Shown here: positions 37,491-51,560 of the stretch, piece after piece | Position numbering within the stretch: the stretch's first letter is position 1 | Layout of the letters: every line of letters begins with the position of its first letter | Assembly (NCBI GenBank): GCA_951406725.2 | Contig: OX597824.1 | Span: forward strand, 32,054,001-32,118,000 | Origin: Octopus vulgaris | Taxonomy: Eukaryota | DNA: 64,000 nucleotides | Reading direction: 5' to 3' | Translations under genes and position numbers: made by a program | The notes under the pieces: model-generated | Seen by the model: only the letters and a program-made list of their open reading frames with translations | Databases searched by the model: none | Told to the model about the DNA's origin: nothing

Positions 37491-40294
37491 CGATTTCGAT
37501 TTTAATTTTCACTTGCCTCAACAGGTCTTCACAAGTAGGGTTTGTGTCACAAGAAGGAAAGGTATGCATAAGTGGGCTGGCTACGTCCCAGGAAGAGGCC
37601 ACGGGTTATGGTCTCACTTGTCCTGCCGGGTCTTCCCACTTTTGGTGAATGGTAATTTTCAGAGCTTTATTGAAAATATAATCAAGGGTATCCAGCTGTA
37701 AAAAACATTCCAAAACAGACAGTGGAGTTTGGTGCAATCCTCAGGCTTGCTGGCTACTGTCAAACCATCCAACACATTCCAGCAAGGAAGACGGACATTA
37801 AATAATGATGATGATATTGTTGATTGTGTTGTACTAATGTGGTAATTAATATCTGATACAAACATGATGTTTGCAAGGTATGATGCAACATGTATGCTGG
37901 CCACACAGTCCCTCTTCACAGCTTACAACATACCTGATAGAGGTTGCCTGAAGGTGGCTGTAGATCAGGTGTGTGCTCTGGAAGGGGCAGTGCTATTTGG
38001 ACACAAGCTGGGGATCAATCAACTCTGGCCGGGTTGCTTAGGTGACAGTGTCTGATATTGAAAGACCTGAAGCACCTGATGACCCCAGGAAGCATCACTG
38101 ATGATGTATCCAGGTGCATCACTCAATTTGTTTGATGATCATTATTGACATGTCCTTTTATCTGTGTTTTTTTCTTTTGGTTATATAATGTTCTGAGGTG
38201 AAACAACATCAGTTGAACTAAGATATCCAGTTTGGGATCTACATCAAATTATTGTTCTTGTATCTAAATTCTGAATCTACTTTCTTTCAAATTCTCAGAA
38301 ACTGTCGGTACATATATGTTCTCTTATGTGATTTTAGATTTTCTTTCTACTGTTATTTAAACTTGTATATATATAGATATCAGAAAGTTTTAGAGCTATA
38401 TTTCATGTCATTTGCACTGAACTGATAGAAATGATTTCTGTGCTTGAATATAATGAACAAAATAATGTTGAATTCATTACAGGTAGATATGAGATTAAGT
38501 GACAGTTTTTGCTTTATCTTTTAACCTCATCTGTTCCAAGAGATCTAACTAAAAGAATGGTTGTGTAGGAACACAGCCACTCTTTGTGATAATACTGTTA
38601 CTCATACGCATTCCTGCACAGCTTGGTTAATCTTGAGTCAGTGAGGAAGTTTGTAAACGGTCCCTCAGTGTGCTAGAAATAGCAGTGAAATCTACCTCAT
38701 CTCACGGCCAATCATCTTAACAAAGGGGCTGATATTGTGCTTCTAGATAGTGGGAAAAGTAATGGCAGAAATATATTGAAGATTGACCTGGAGTTTAGAT
38801 AAAAACTTGTTTTAATGAAGTGAATAACTCTTTTGCCTAGCAACAACTCATTCAAAATATCTGCAGAATTGAGTAAATCTTGAAGTAGTTACATACATAA
38901 ATTACCCACCAACCATTATAGGTGCATCGATTCTGATAAATGTGGTGTCTCTGCATGACTAAGAGATTATGTGGTCTAATTGGAATTCCAGGTTTATTGC
39001 ATTGATGCTCTTTATAGCAAGACTGACCCTGGAAGAACATTTCCTAACAGACATGTACTTTATTTCACCTTCTATGTTCCCTGGAGTCTAGTAATCTCAC
39101 CTCATTGACTGAAGCTATGTTGGAGAGATTGTGAAGGAGTTGAGCAATTAGGATTGCTTTGTGTTTGTCCTTGAAAGTGAACATTTTCAGCAGTCCATTC
39201 AATGTTAAATTCATCATGAATAGGTATCTATCACATACAGATGACTGTCATTATCATCATCATCATCGTTTAACGTCCGTTTCCCATGCTAGCATGGGTT
39301 GGACAGTTTGTCCGGGGTCTGGGAAGCCAGGAGGCTGCACCAGGCTCCAGTCTGATCTGGCAGAGTTTCTGCAGCTGGATGCCCTTCTTAACACCAACCA
39401 CTTCGTGAGTTTAGTGGGTGCTTTTTACATGCCACCGGCACGGAAGCCAATCAAGGCGGCGCTGGCATTGGACACGTTTGGATGGTGCTTTTTATGTGCC
39501 AACGGCACAGGTATCACAACTGCAATTTCCATTTGATATTTATTTTGATGTACTTGACTCAATAGGTCTCCTCAAGTACAGCAAGTCACCCTACAATCCA
39601 AGGTAAGCACAGCAGGCTGTCTTGTGATCCGAGGTACTTTGGATGGGCTGGGGATGCTATGTGAAGCTGGTGCAGGAAACAGCCATGGACTCACGTTATT
39701 TGTCGTGTCTTTGCAGTCACATCATATCACCAGAGATCTCGGTCTTTCGTCATTGCCTGTTTTTCATGCTGGCATGGGTTGGATAGTTTGAAAGGTGGTG
39801 GCTAGCTGGGAAGCTTCCCCAGGCTCCAGTTGTATGTTTTGGCAAGGTTTCTACAGCTGGGTACCCTTCCTAATAACAACACTTTACAGAGTGTACTGGG
39901 TGCTTTTTACATGGAACCATCACAAGTGCTTTTTACTATGACATAATCTCCATGTTTAGGAAAGCCCTTTATTTAATGTCATTTACAACTATTGCCAAAA
40001 TTCCTTTTGGTAAATTAAATTCTGAGTACATTTTCTGAAAGTTAGTTGTATATACACCTTTTCCTTGACATATGACCTATGCTATTTACGACCACAAAAA
40101 ATTTTTTAAAAATAATAAATCGATTTTTGGATATTGGGCAGCTGCACATATGGTAACTATGGCAGCATCTAGCAATGCAGCCCTCCCTCAGACACCGGCA
40201 TCCACTGTCTCTCACTCAGTCACTTTCAAGCATCAGTTGCATGAATGAAAATAGTGTTGAAAAATATAAATCTGACATATAAATCAAACTCCAT

Positions 40295-40640
40295 CTGTCT
40301 AACACCCGTGGACATGTTTACAAAGTCAGAAAACAGCACAGCTCCCATGACTTTTGGAAACATTTTTTCATGCTAAAAGTTGCTGAAGCATGGAACAAAC
40401 TGCCAGCATCAGTTGTTAGTTGTCAAAGCACTGCATCCTTCAATGCTTCCTGAGATTCGTCAACACTACACCTGATTTTTTCCCCTCCATACACACGCAA
40501 GCATGTATCTGACTCATACACTGTTCACTTTGCAGACATTTGTACATTACTACATATTCTTTATACGCACTTTTGACAAGTTGTGGTGCACCTGAGCACT
40601 GTATACAATAATTTCATTATTGTTATTATTATTATTATTA
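40295..40640 (+). mobile_element. CR1/L2-like LINE 3' end with (ATT)n tail
   Basis: TRGHVYKVRKQHS..FF..KVAEAWNKLPASVV followed by (ATT)n. Confidence 0.75.
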
Positions 40641-40744
40641 TATGACCAGATCGAATGGACATCAGTTGTAAGTTGAGGAGAAGGTGTATTAGAAAACCAA
40701 TAAGTTTGTTTCTAATAAGGAATTTGTTTTTACTATATATTCAC

Positions 40745-41451
40745 ATGACTATGCGTTTAAGAAGCATGTAGTTTTGTGTACATTCCCATTGCATGACACC
40801 TTGGGCAGGTGCCTTCTACTGTAGCCCTGGATCAACCAATGCTTTGTGAGTGAATTTGGTAGATGGAAATTGTGTGGAAGCTTGTCATGTATCAGTGTCT
40901 GTCTTTGTGTTTGTTCCCCCAACACAACTGTTGTTGGTTAGTTTATGAGCAGTTTGACAAAAGAGACTGAAAGAATAAGAATCGGACATTTATTTTTTAA
41001 AGTACTGGGTGGGGTGAGGGAAAGATGGTAGTGGTGGTGTTAGGGGGTCGATTTGTTCAAGGCAGTGTCCCCAGCATGGCCACAGTCCAATGAGTGAAAC
41101 GAGTAAAAGAAGGGAAATCATTTAAAAATTTGCACTATGATTATTTTATCTCGTTTTGAGTATCTTTCATAGATGTTATCAACATTGTCAAGTTTGCTTA
41201 CAAAAGTGCTGATAGCATTCATAATCTCAACTTATTGTAACAAGTGCTATTAATTTGTATTGAAAAGGCTGGAGTTGTTTAGATATGTTATCGTAGTACA
41301 TTTGAAGATGTAATGTTAGGTCAGAGAGTATAAAACAATAGACTATGTAATTAATTTACATATATATATATATATATATATATACATACATATATATATT
41401 TCGTTTTTGGATTAAGGCACAAAAAGAAAATGACTCTCCCCGGAAACAACA

Positions 41452-41488
<37 letters not shown>

Positions 41489-43364
41489 TCATATATCCTG
41501 GTATTCACATCTGTTGTTTACTGTTTTTTGTATGGAAATTTGTGTTATTTTTCTATTGTGTTTCATTAATTTTTTCCTGGGGGGAAACATTTTATTCTTT
41601 CACTTGTTTCAGTCATTTGACTGTGGCCATGCTGGAGTACCACCTCAAAGGGTTTTTAGTTGAAGAAATCGATCTCAGGACTTTGTAAGCTTAGTATCTA
41701 TCAGTCACTTTTGCTGAACTGCTAAGTTACAAGAATGTTAACTCACCAACTTTGGTTGTCAAGCAATGGGGGTGGGGTGGCAAACATAGACACACACACA
41801 CACATATATATATATGATGGGCTTCATTCAGTTTCTGTCTACCAGATCCACTCACAAGGCCTTGGTTGGCCCAAGGTTATCGTAAAAGACATTTGCTCAA
41901 GGTGCCATACAGTGGGACTGAACCCAGAACCATATGGTTGGGAAGCAAGCTCCTTACCACACCTGTACCTGAGGTTTTACTTTACTTGTTACTTGCTTAA
42001 TAAATCAAGTTTTTGTTATGTAGCTCCATCTCTTTTATATCTATTACTTGTTACAGTCATTAGACTGTGGCCATACTTGGGCAATGCCTTGAAGAATTTC
42101 AGTCAAACAAAATGTCCCCGGTTTTTTTTTTTTTTTTTTTTTGCTTTTTAAAGCCCAGCACTTATTCTATCAGTTTTTCTTTGCTGAACTGCTAAGTCAC
42201 GAGGATGTAAGCACCTACACAAAGACACATACACACATATATGTTATATACCCACATATATACAACAGGTGTCTTTCAGCTTCTATTTACCAAATCCACT
42301 CACAAAGTTCTGATCAGTCCAGGGCTTTAATAGAAGACACTTGCCAAAATTCCCTTGCAGTGGGATTGAACCTGGAACTATGTGATCGGAAAGCAAATTT
42401 CTTACCACACAGCCACGTAGGTGAGTGATTGATAGCATCAAATTTACTACTTGGTAGAGTTGGAGTGAATTAGTAGCCGAAACCAATTGGTATTGTACCA
42501 CAATGTGGAGTCATAGATATGTTTCTTGTGGAACAGGTACAAGAAAAATGTTTAGGTAAGAGTAACTTCACCTTACATTCATCAATTTGTGATGTTTACC
42601 CATGTCCTAGATTCTATGGTTTGTTGAATGTGTTTCATTAATTTTTTCCAGTCATTTGACTGAGGCCATGCTGGAGTACCACCTTAAAGGGTTTTTAGTT
42701 GAAGAAATCGACCTCAGGACTTATTCTTTGTAAGCTTAGTACTTATTCTATCAATCACTTTTGCTGAACTGCTAAGTTACAGGGATATTAACTCACCAAC
42801 TTTGGTTGTCAAGCAATGAGAGGAGCAAACATAGACATACACACACACACATATATATATGATGGGCTTCATTCAGAAGTGAATACATTTTATCAGGTTA
42901 CAAACGCTAGAGAAGCCGTCTGTGATTGGACTTGCAGAAGAGTCTTGTAAACGTTATGTCTGTTGATATGTGTGTTTATGTACTTAAAGTGGAGGAAAGT
43001 TGTGGAAGAGCGAAACCCAAGAAGACATGGGACAAAGTATTCAAGGCTGGTCAATCCACTCACAAGGCTTTGGTCAGCCTGAAGCTATAGTGGAAGACAC
43101 TTGCTTAAGGTGCCACGAAGTGGGACTGAACCCGGAACCATGTGGTTGGTAAGCAACTTATCACACAGCCACTCCAGTGCCTATATATATATATGCTATG
43201 ATAGATTGTTAGCCACTACACACATTATTTTTCTCTCCTTGTTTTTTCTGTGTACCTTTCTGTAGAAGAGCGTAGGCTCGAAACGTAAAAGAGCGCTATA
43301 CTAATACATCTGTTTGTTTTGTACAAGCCTGCCTTCGTCTTTTGTTTATTTTCATAAACTTTCC

Positions 43365-43407
<43 letters not shown>

Positions 43408-43560
43408 GTCTTTTTACTTGTGGGGCATCACCTTGAAGTATTTTTAGTTGAATAAATCAGGCCCAGTACTTACTCAGTCTCTTTTGCTGAACTGCAAAGT
43501 TATGGGCATGTAAACAAACCAAAGCTAGTTGTCAAGAGGTGATGGGGGACAAACACATAT
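40745..43560. mobile_element. Cluster of SINE family A copies (one on +, about five on -)
   Basis: Copies at ~40745-41110(+), 41595-41965(-), 42040-42415(-), 42650-42875(-), 43053-43180(-) and 43410-43560(-). Confidence 0.75.
43256..43291 (+). ncRNA. Minimal hammerhead-like motif with a variant core
   Basis: CTTT-CTGTAGA-A-GAGC(GTAG)GCTC-GAAAC-GTA-AAAG; stems I and II are perfect, but core A6 is replaced by T. Confidence 0.6.
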
Positions 43561-43830
43561 ATGCATACATACATTCAATGGGCTGCCACACAGTTTCCAT
43601 TTATGAAATAGTGCTTGTGTGGTGCCACGTTAAAGCACCCAGCACACTCTGTAAAATGATTGGCATTAGGAAGGGCATCCAGCCATAGAAACCATGCCAA
43701 ATCAGATAATGTAGAGTCATTATATCCAACAGAATATTTGATATTACCAATTTTCATTTCATAATGCAGGCATTATTTTCTTTAATAATGAAAATAGAAA
43801 ATTGCTTTTAATATCAAATTATTTTGTTTT

Positions 43831-44567
43831 ATTACCTCTGCCAAGGAAGGAGGTTATGTTTTCATTGCTGTTGGTTTGTCCATCTGTGTGCAAAATAACT
43901 CAAAAAGTTGTGAACGGTATTTGATAAAACTTGCAGGAAAAGTTGGTAATGACGCAAGGAACAGATGATGAAATTTTGGTAGTAATCTGGGAATTTTTAT
44001 GGATTCTTGAAGGATTTTTCATTTGTTATATTTACTTTAGTTGAAGTATTGCAATGTTACGTTCTTTGATTATCTCCCTTGAAAACACATCGTTTCCATA
44101 TAACCTATGGTGGCATTGCTGTTTAGAGACAGTGTTGATGATGACAATGGTTGAGATAACTATGGGAAGAGGATAAAATAGTATCAGTGATTATAATGGC
44201 GACAGGAGCAGTGTGATGTCTGATGCTGAGGTGATGGTAGTAATAGTGGTGTTGATGATAGTGTTTGTTGTGTGATGATGGTATTGCAGTAGTTATACTG
44301 GTAGTGGTGGTGAAAGTGACTGTCAAGGTAACCATCATGATAACATTGATGATGTTGGTGGTTGTGAACTGCTTCAGATGATTCCTGTTTTTAAAGGTTT
44401 TTTTCTTAAAATCATATAGCTGTGTTATTTTTTTACCCCCCCCCCCCCAAGGATGTTATGTTTTTGCTGGCGTTGGTTTGGGAAATTAGGCGATTTTCAG
44501 CATGCGTGTATATAGGTGGAAATGAGCTGCTTGGCGGAGGTCTGTGCTCTCCAAGTGCTTTTCTAGT
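43831..44567 (+). mobile_element. Helentron-associated non-autonomous element (HINE/DINE-like)
   Basis: Subterminal inverted repeat ACCTCTGCCAAG / CTTGGCGGAGGT, short 3' hairpin and TTTCTAGT end. Confidence 0.65.
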
Positions 44568-45169
44568 ATTAGTTATTGTATTTTAGTTTCCAATAAGGAT
44601 TATATTAATTTTTTAAAAGAAGTTTGCTAACAACTACCATATTTACTTGTGTTTTATTTTTCCATTCTTAAAAAAATACTCATGTGGCTGTGTTACAGAT
44701 GCAAGACAAAATACCATAGGTTGGGGAGCCAGATGAGCATAAATCCACTAGGTTCAATAATTGTTATCTCTATATATAAAGCAAAAGATGTCTGTGTGTG
44801 TGTAGTATGTATGCATTTCTACAATTTTCAACCAATTTTCACCAAACTTTACACACATTACTTATGTGCCAAGGATGGTCATGCACTATAACATTTTGTC
44901 CAGAAACTGGGGAAAATAGTGTTTTACACAGGTTTTTCTCTAAAAACTTCTGCAGTTTTCAACCAATTTTCTCTGTTTATTTTTCTCTTCTCTCTCTTTT
45001 CCTCTTTCTCTGTTTCTCATGCTTACATATATTCTCTCTCACCCTCTGTAATAGTTCCTCTCTTTTAGTCCATGTCTGTTTCTTTCACTCTCTCTTGCTC
45101 TCTCTCTCTCTCTTTAACTCACTCAGACACTAACTTCTGACTACACGGTGATTTCCATGTATTTCAATT

Positions 45170-45445
45170 AGTCGTGTGTAACTTACTTACTTGTACTTGT
45201 GGCGACATTCACCCTGGGCAGGTTGAGTCAGCTTCTTCTACCACCCTCGACGCATCTCGAACCATGGTAGCCCACGCACAACGGCCCTGCGCCAGTTCAC
45301 TGGAGATAGCGACCCAGTCACGGTTCCATCGGCGCAGGCTGACCACCTGCGGACCCGTGAGCATGGAGAAGTCCTCCTTGATTGTCGTAGCCCAGGTCTT
45401 CAGCTGCCCGCCTGCGCGTTTCCGCCTGTTGGGAAGTCGTATGTA
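45170..45445 (-). mobile_element. RTE-clade LINE 3' end
   Basis: RKRAGGQLKTWATTIKED...WNRDW...LAQGRCAWATMVRD with a (TAAG)n-like tail. Confidence 0.8.
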
Positions 45446-45926
45446 ACAATCTCTGTTATGGTTTTTGTACGTTCTCCCCAAAACATCATTTAGTTATTTT
45501 TAATTTTTGTTCACCCAGTGTGTTTAAATTCAGTTTTGCCATATCTGCCTAAAAACTGACTTCACTGTATTTTAGTTTTGTCGTGCATAAATATCTTTGT
45601 CTTAATGGTATTTGTATGGTCTCCCTACAACATTACTTATTTTAAATTTTTTGCACTCTGTCTATTTAAATACACTATTTACCTTTCTCCCTCTATATGA
45701 AAATGTTGTGTGTGCAGCCATGCATGCATATGTATGACTGCTATGGGTCACATACGACCCATAAGCCTTTATTACTAACAATAGGATTTCAGACATGCCA
45801 CTGAGCAGTCATGTGTTAGAAAAAGCTATTCTAAAACGGCTCAAGTTTTTTCACTCGAGCTATTTTCTTTTAGAGCTTTATACACTCAAATGGGGTTTGT
45901 AAGTTCCATTTACAAATTGACGTCCT

Positions 45927-45972
<46 letters not shown>

Positions 45973-46907
45973 ATTCTTTGTCTGTCTGTTCCCTATGCAT
46001 TCTCAAATGGCTTGACCAAATCAAATCAAATTTTAAAAGGTAATAGTTTCATCTGGATTAAAACAATATAACATTGGCACTGGTTTGGTATTACATGTCA
46101 AAAGTGAAAGAATAAGATCTATATTGTAAAGTGATATAATATTGTTTCACTTTTATTCTTTCACTTTTAATTCTACTGTAATAAATAAATGAATAATTTA
46201 TATCCTAGTGTGAACAACATTACACATTGGCAACTTTCTATCTTTACTGCCACGACAGCAGAGTGGTGTGTCAGTGTATGTGCATTGACTGACATAACAA
46301 ATGGCTGGAGGTGAAACTCTTGATAAAAAACAATTAGGTGGTAGGTCCAAGGTATATAAAGATACACATTTACCATTCAGTTACCAGTTCATAATTATCT
46401 CAGCAGTTGCAAGGTTGTAAGGTATTTACGATTACATATTTGCCCTTAAATTAATAGAGTCTCAATAGAGAAGGGAGATGGGACTTTCTCAAGATCAGCA
46501 AAGGCATGCTGCAGCATTTCAGATGGAGTCTGAAGAGAGAGGTGAGATAAGACTTTCTCAAGATCAGCAAAGGCATGCTCATACCCTCTAACCCCCAATT
46601 TTCCATGGCAAGTTAGGGCCTGGAATATTCCAAATGGACGCATGTGATGCTTAGTCGAATTAGCCCATTATTTACTCCACAAATGGTTTGTCGTCAATGC
46701 TGCACTTTCCTGTATCACCTGTTTCAACATAACTTCGTCAGAAACATAGGAAAAGGAAAGATCCAGAGAAGGGAAGACGGAAGAAAATAAATCGCCAGCG
46801 GTACACACGCGGTCACATTTTGAATATATATATATATATATGTGTGTACACACACACACGCACAAACTAAGCCATTTTAATCCTGAGCAACACCGGGTAT
46901 CTTTGCT

Positions 46908-47266
46908 CATCATCATTCATCATTGTTCGACCGTGGTCGAGACAATGGAATTTACCATCCTACGCCAGACTTCATGGTCCATCATGGCATTACGGAGGTC
47001 CTGTTGCTGGATGCCTGTATCCCTGGAGATTACATCAGGGTAGGAGAGTGTGCACCCTCTGGTATTGTGAGTAGATGGCTTCCAGAGGAGAAGAGTAGAA
47101 ATTACCTCTTTTTCAGCTCTACAACAATGTCCAGCAAACTGGACTCTCCTACCTTTCACAAGAGATGACACAGGTGATAGTTTCCCATATATTTGCATTT
47201 TGGTTGGATGGCACTTCCACGAGAGATTTTGAGCTCTCATAAGGAGGCGAGTGTAGGTTCCATCCT
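46908..47266 (-). mobile_element. RTE-clade LINE 3' end with (GAT)n tail
   Basis: DGTYTRLLMRAQNLSWK.HPT..IYG...RRVQFAGHC.R...LLWKP..MMDHEVWR. Confidence 0.85.
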
Positions 47267-47624
47267 GAAAACAAATAAAATTATCCAAGACTGTCTGCAT
47301 AAGCTTATGAAAAGTTATTTATAGTACATCAGCCGTTATGTAGGAAGGTCACATCATTTCATTGTATATCCCTCCCCAACATATGTACTCTACACTTTAC
47401 ATTATTTAATGAGAATGTTACATTTAAGAAACCTATCTGAATGAAAAATTCTCTTAGGTAGATGAATGAAATGTCTATGAACTTTCATTTGCTTGTTAGC
47501 TGTTTGCAACAAGCAGATGATAACAAAACCATAACAACTACAGTTAAACAAAACACCACAACCAGGAATACAAGTTCTATGTCCTGCATGGCTATTCTAT
47601 TGACCAAAGTATAAAAAATATATA

Positions 47625-48009
47625 TATATATAAAGCTGATATTGTCTGTGTATGGCAGGTTTGGTAGCCCTCAACTAACATTATCTCCTCCGAGACCCTG
47701 TGGCGCAAGTTGACCAAAATTGAAAGTATGATAGAAGAAGGCTTGCTCTCCCTTCCGTAGAAGAAAAAAATTCAAATCAGACCATGTTACACCAAAAATT
47801 ATCTACATAAAAAAGGTGCTTTTTTTTCTATGAAAATCCCTATTTTTTACGAATTTTTACTGCTGTGTTGCCAATTTTTGGTGTATTTCAAGCAGAAAAT
47901 GTTTACTTAAAGAAAATAACAAGCTACATAATGCAAAAGTTTTACTTTTCAAAAATTCCAATTCTAAAGGGTCGAAACAAACCCGAGCAATACCGGGCAA
48001 TACTGCTAG
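47625..48009 (+). mobile_element. Non-autonomous Helitron
   Basis: 5' (TA)nAAGCTG..GTCTGTG start, 3' hairpin CCCG-AGCAATA-CCGGG, then CTAG|T end. Similar Helitron-like ends occur at ~44766, ~45928 and ~46880. Confidence 0.65.
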
Positions 48010-48460
48010 TAAGACCATACAGCTGATTTGACCAAAGACGAAGTTGAAATACGGTACTCCCAGGACATAGTTTATTCATGGTTTCATACTTTATTTTACT
48101 ATACTATCACAATATTATATTTACATGCATAGAATCCTACATTTTCCCTCTACAAAACCACTTCAAAATTCTTTTCAGTTAGGGTATGAGGAAACATTAT
48201 AGATTTGTTTCTTCCACACAATATACTTGTAAAATAAGTTTGTGTCTTATTTGCTGGTAGATCTGGTATTTTATTTTATCTACTACTATATTACATTATT
48301 TTCCTTATTTTCAGAACAATATGCTTAAAGAGTATTTGTGCTGAATGAACTGTTGCCTGATGTATTTCGTATCTTATTCCAAGTTCAAGAAGTACTCCAG
48401 CATTCTCTCATGTTTCGCCAGCTACTTCCGCCTACACGACCTCATGTGTTTATTCCAAAA

Positions 48461-48478
48461 ATGTCTGGCATATGCAAG
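48461..48478 (+). CDS. TJAP1: TJAP1/BEGAIN-like gene, first coding exon (exon 48315-48478; MSGICK; alternative in-frame ATG at 48410)
   Basis: ttttcag acceptor at 48315, in-frame TAA at 48326, AAAAATG start context, AAG|gtaggt donor, phase 0. Confidence 0.7.
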
Positions 48479-49460
48479 GTAGGTTAAAATAAATAATCCA
48501 GTTTGCTTAATTTTAAACTTTTGAGTTAACTTCAGCTTTTGTTTTTGTTAGAGATTACCAGACAAAATATTTCACCTTTTTGAGTCCAGTTCCCATCACA
48601 TTCAGTTTGCCTTTCCTTTCCTTTTTCAGAATCCCTTGACTTCACCAGTGCTGGTGGTGTTATGTAAAAAGCACCCAGTTCACTCTGTAAAGTGGTTGGC
48701 CTTTGGAAGGGCATCCAGCTGTAAAAACCATACCAAAGCAGACTTTACTGTTGCTGATGCCATATAAAAAGCATCTAGTTCACTCTGTAAAGTGGTTGGC
48801 CTTTGGAAGGGCATCTAGCCATAAAAAACCATACCAAAACAGATGGTGAAGCTTGGTGCAGTCCTCAGGCTTGTCAAACCATCCGACCCATGCTAGCATG
48901 GAAGGTGGATGTTAAATGATGATGATGAGTCAAGTACTTCTGTAATATGTTTTAGCTTGTTCTATGTTTAAAAATTAACAGAATTGTTAGAACGTCAGAA
49001 AAAGTCCCTATCATTTTAGCATTTACTGTTCCAATCTTGCATGGGTTAGAAGGAGTTTATTGAGGCAGATTTTTTTTTTTTTACAGATTGATGCTTTTCC
49101 TGTTGCTAACTCTCACTTCTTTCCAAGCAAGGTAATATTTTGCCGTGGCCAGACATCTCTTGTGCAGAATATTATATGCCATCAACCTGTTTCAGTTTCT
49201 GTCTACCCAAACCACTCACAAGGCTTTGGTTGACCTGCAGCTATAGTTGAAGACACTTGCCCATGATACTGTGTAATGGGACTGAACTCAAAACCAAATA
49301 CTTGGGTTAGCAAGCTTCTTAACCACACAGCTACTCCTGTGCAACTCACTTTGAAATCCATCCTTAAGTAAATCTCTAGTTAAACCTTTGCTAGCACGGG
49401 TAAATGGTCATTAAATGAAAGTGATCATATTAGTGAAGTTAATAATTAATGATACTATTG

Positions 49461-49880
49461 TTGGCAGAATCGTTAGCATGCGGGGCAAAATGCTTAGTGG
49501 CATTTCATTCATCTTTACATTCTGAGTTCAAATTTTGCTGAGGTTGACTTTGCCTTTTCTTATTTCTTTATTGCCCACAAGGGGCTAAACATAGAGGGAA
49601 CAAACAAGGACAGACAAAGAGATTAAGTCGATTACATCGACCCCAGTGTGTAACTGGTACTTAATACGAAAGGACGACAGGCAAAGTCGACCTCGGCGGA
49701 ATTTGAACTCAGAATGTAATGGCAGACGAAATACCGCTAAGCATTTCGCCCGGCATGCTAACATTTCTGCCTGCCTTTTGGCCTTTCGGGGTCGATAAAA
49801 TAAGTAGCAGTTGAGTACTGGGATCGATAAAATTGACTAGCCACCCCAACCCATAAAAAAATTTCAGGCCTTGTGCTTTT
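49461..49880. mobile_element. SINE family C containing an inverted family C copy (49559-49771, TSD TGCCTTTT)
   Basis: Head GGCAGAATCGTTAGCA..TCTGAGTTCAAATT; TSD at 49551-49558 and 49772-49779. Other family C copies lie at ~26097-26310 and 31090-31236. Confidence 0.8.
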
Positions 49881-51560
49881 ATTAAAAAGGATTATTACGA
49901 AGTGTCATATGTCATCAGTTTCATATTCAGTATAATAGTTGTTATTGCTAACTCTCTCCCTCTGATGTGTACTGGCAGAACCACGCTTAGCAAATAAATG
50001 CATCTAACAAATTGGTGATAATTTATGATAATGTTATTATTACTACTAATCATCATATTAATTAGTATCTTCTATTTGCTTCAGTCATTGGATTACAGCC
50101 ATGCTAGGGTATTGCCTTGAAGGGTTTATCCAAACAAATTGACACTAGTATTTTTCTTTTGAATCTGGTACTTATTGTATGAATTGCTTTTTGCAAAGTA
50201 CTGAGTTACAGAGATGGAAACAAACCAAAATTGTGCTGCTACACAGTTTCTGTCTACCAAATTCTCTCACAAGGCATTGGGTGGGCTGGGGTTATAGTGG
50301 AAGACACTTGCTCAAGGTGTTGCACAGTGGGACTGAACCTGAAATCACATGGTTGCAAAGGAAGCTTCTTAACCACACAGCCAATGTAATTTTTTAAGCA
50401 AGCAATGTATTTTTTAAGCAAGCAAATGCCATCCAGTCTCGACTTCACTGTAGTATATCCTTAGTGATATTACGGAGATCTGTGAGCCATAACAAAGGAA
50501 CCTGGCTACTAGTAGAGCAGAAACTTTGGTTACCATTGCTGCAACCTGCATTCTAAGAGTGCAGTAACTGAATAAAAGTTGACAAAGTGTAGCAGAGACA
50601 TTTTAGTCCTTTAGCATTTAAACAAGACATATCCAGTTCAAATTTTCTACCTGTTTTAAGTTCAAACCAGCCAGGTCTTGTCTGCCATACATACTCTGGA
50701 ATGTTATTCTAAAAATAAACATCCGTTGGTGGAAACATGTGACCATCATCAAACAAACTGTTTTTCCTTTCGGATGCGGAAAACAGACATCAACGCACCC
50801 ACCTCTTTGTGTCAGTTACACAACTTCAGGGTTGTCACTACCATCAATGTTGGTGTTCTGAAAGGTAGGGTTGGGTAAATTTAGTCCTGGTGGATGTGTA
50901 ATATTAGTGTACAGGAATAATGGAGCACGAATAATGCAAGTTGGATAAAGAAGTATCATGCCATCCAAGTGGAAGAACCCTGCAGAAGATGAAGGCAAAG
51001 GAAGAAGTGGAGAAAAGCTGATCTTGGAGTGTTCAAACTCATGAAGATGACAAATGACCTTGACCAAGAGTTGAGATGCTGTACTGGAGATGACCTGTCC
51101 AACCCATGCAAACATAGAAATATTGATGTAAAAATGATGCTGAATATAATCACTGAGTTTCAGACCTTAAACCTTAACTTAGGAAAAGATGAAGCAAAAT
51201 TTAATAGCAACATAAAGAAATAATTTTCATTAAAAAAAAAAAGGCTATGCTAGTTGACTGTTTCTCTTTAAAAAAACTTATAAAAAAAATAAAAAGTGTA
51301 AAATTATGAGAGGAAAGTTAAAATCTGGTGATAGTAATAGAAAAATTCTGTCTGAATCTGACTTGTAGACTAGTAACTGGTGTGCTACATTAAAGATTTG
51401 TTGTTAGAAGAGGAGAGGATGAGCTGTTTACTGTAGGATGTGATGTAAATTCAAAGAGCAAAAGTGATCGGGATTGTTAGGAAGAAAAGATACATTTAGA
51501 TATTGCTTGTAGACATAATAATAAAAAATGAAACCTTTAATTTTCCTTCTTGATTTGCAG

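Noticed and set aside
46482-46579. 29-bp direct repeat with a 40-bp spacer
   Set aside because: Only two copies, and similarity extends into the flanks, so it is a simple local tandem duplication.
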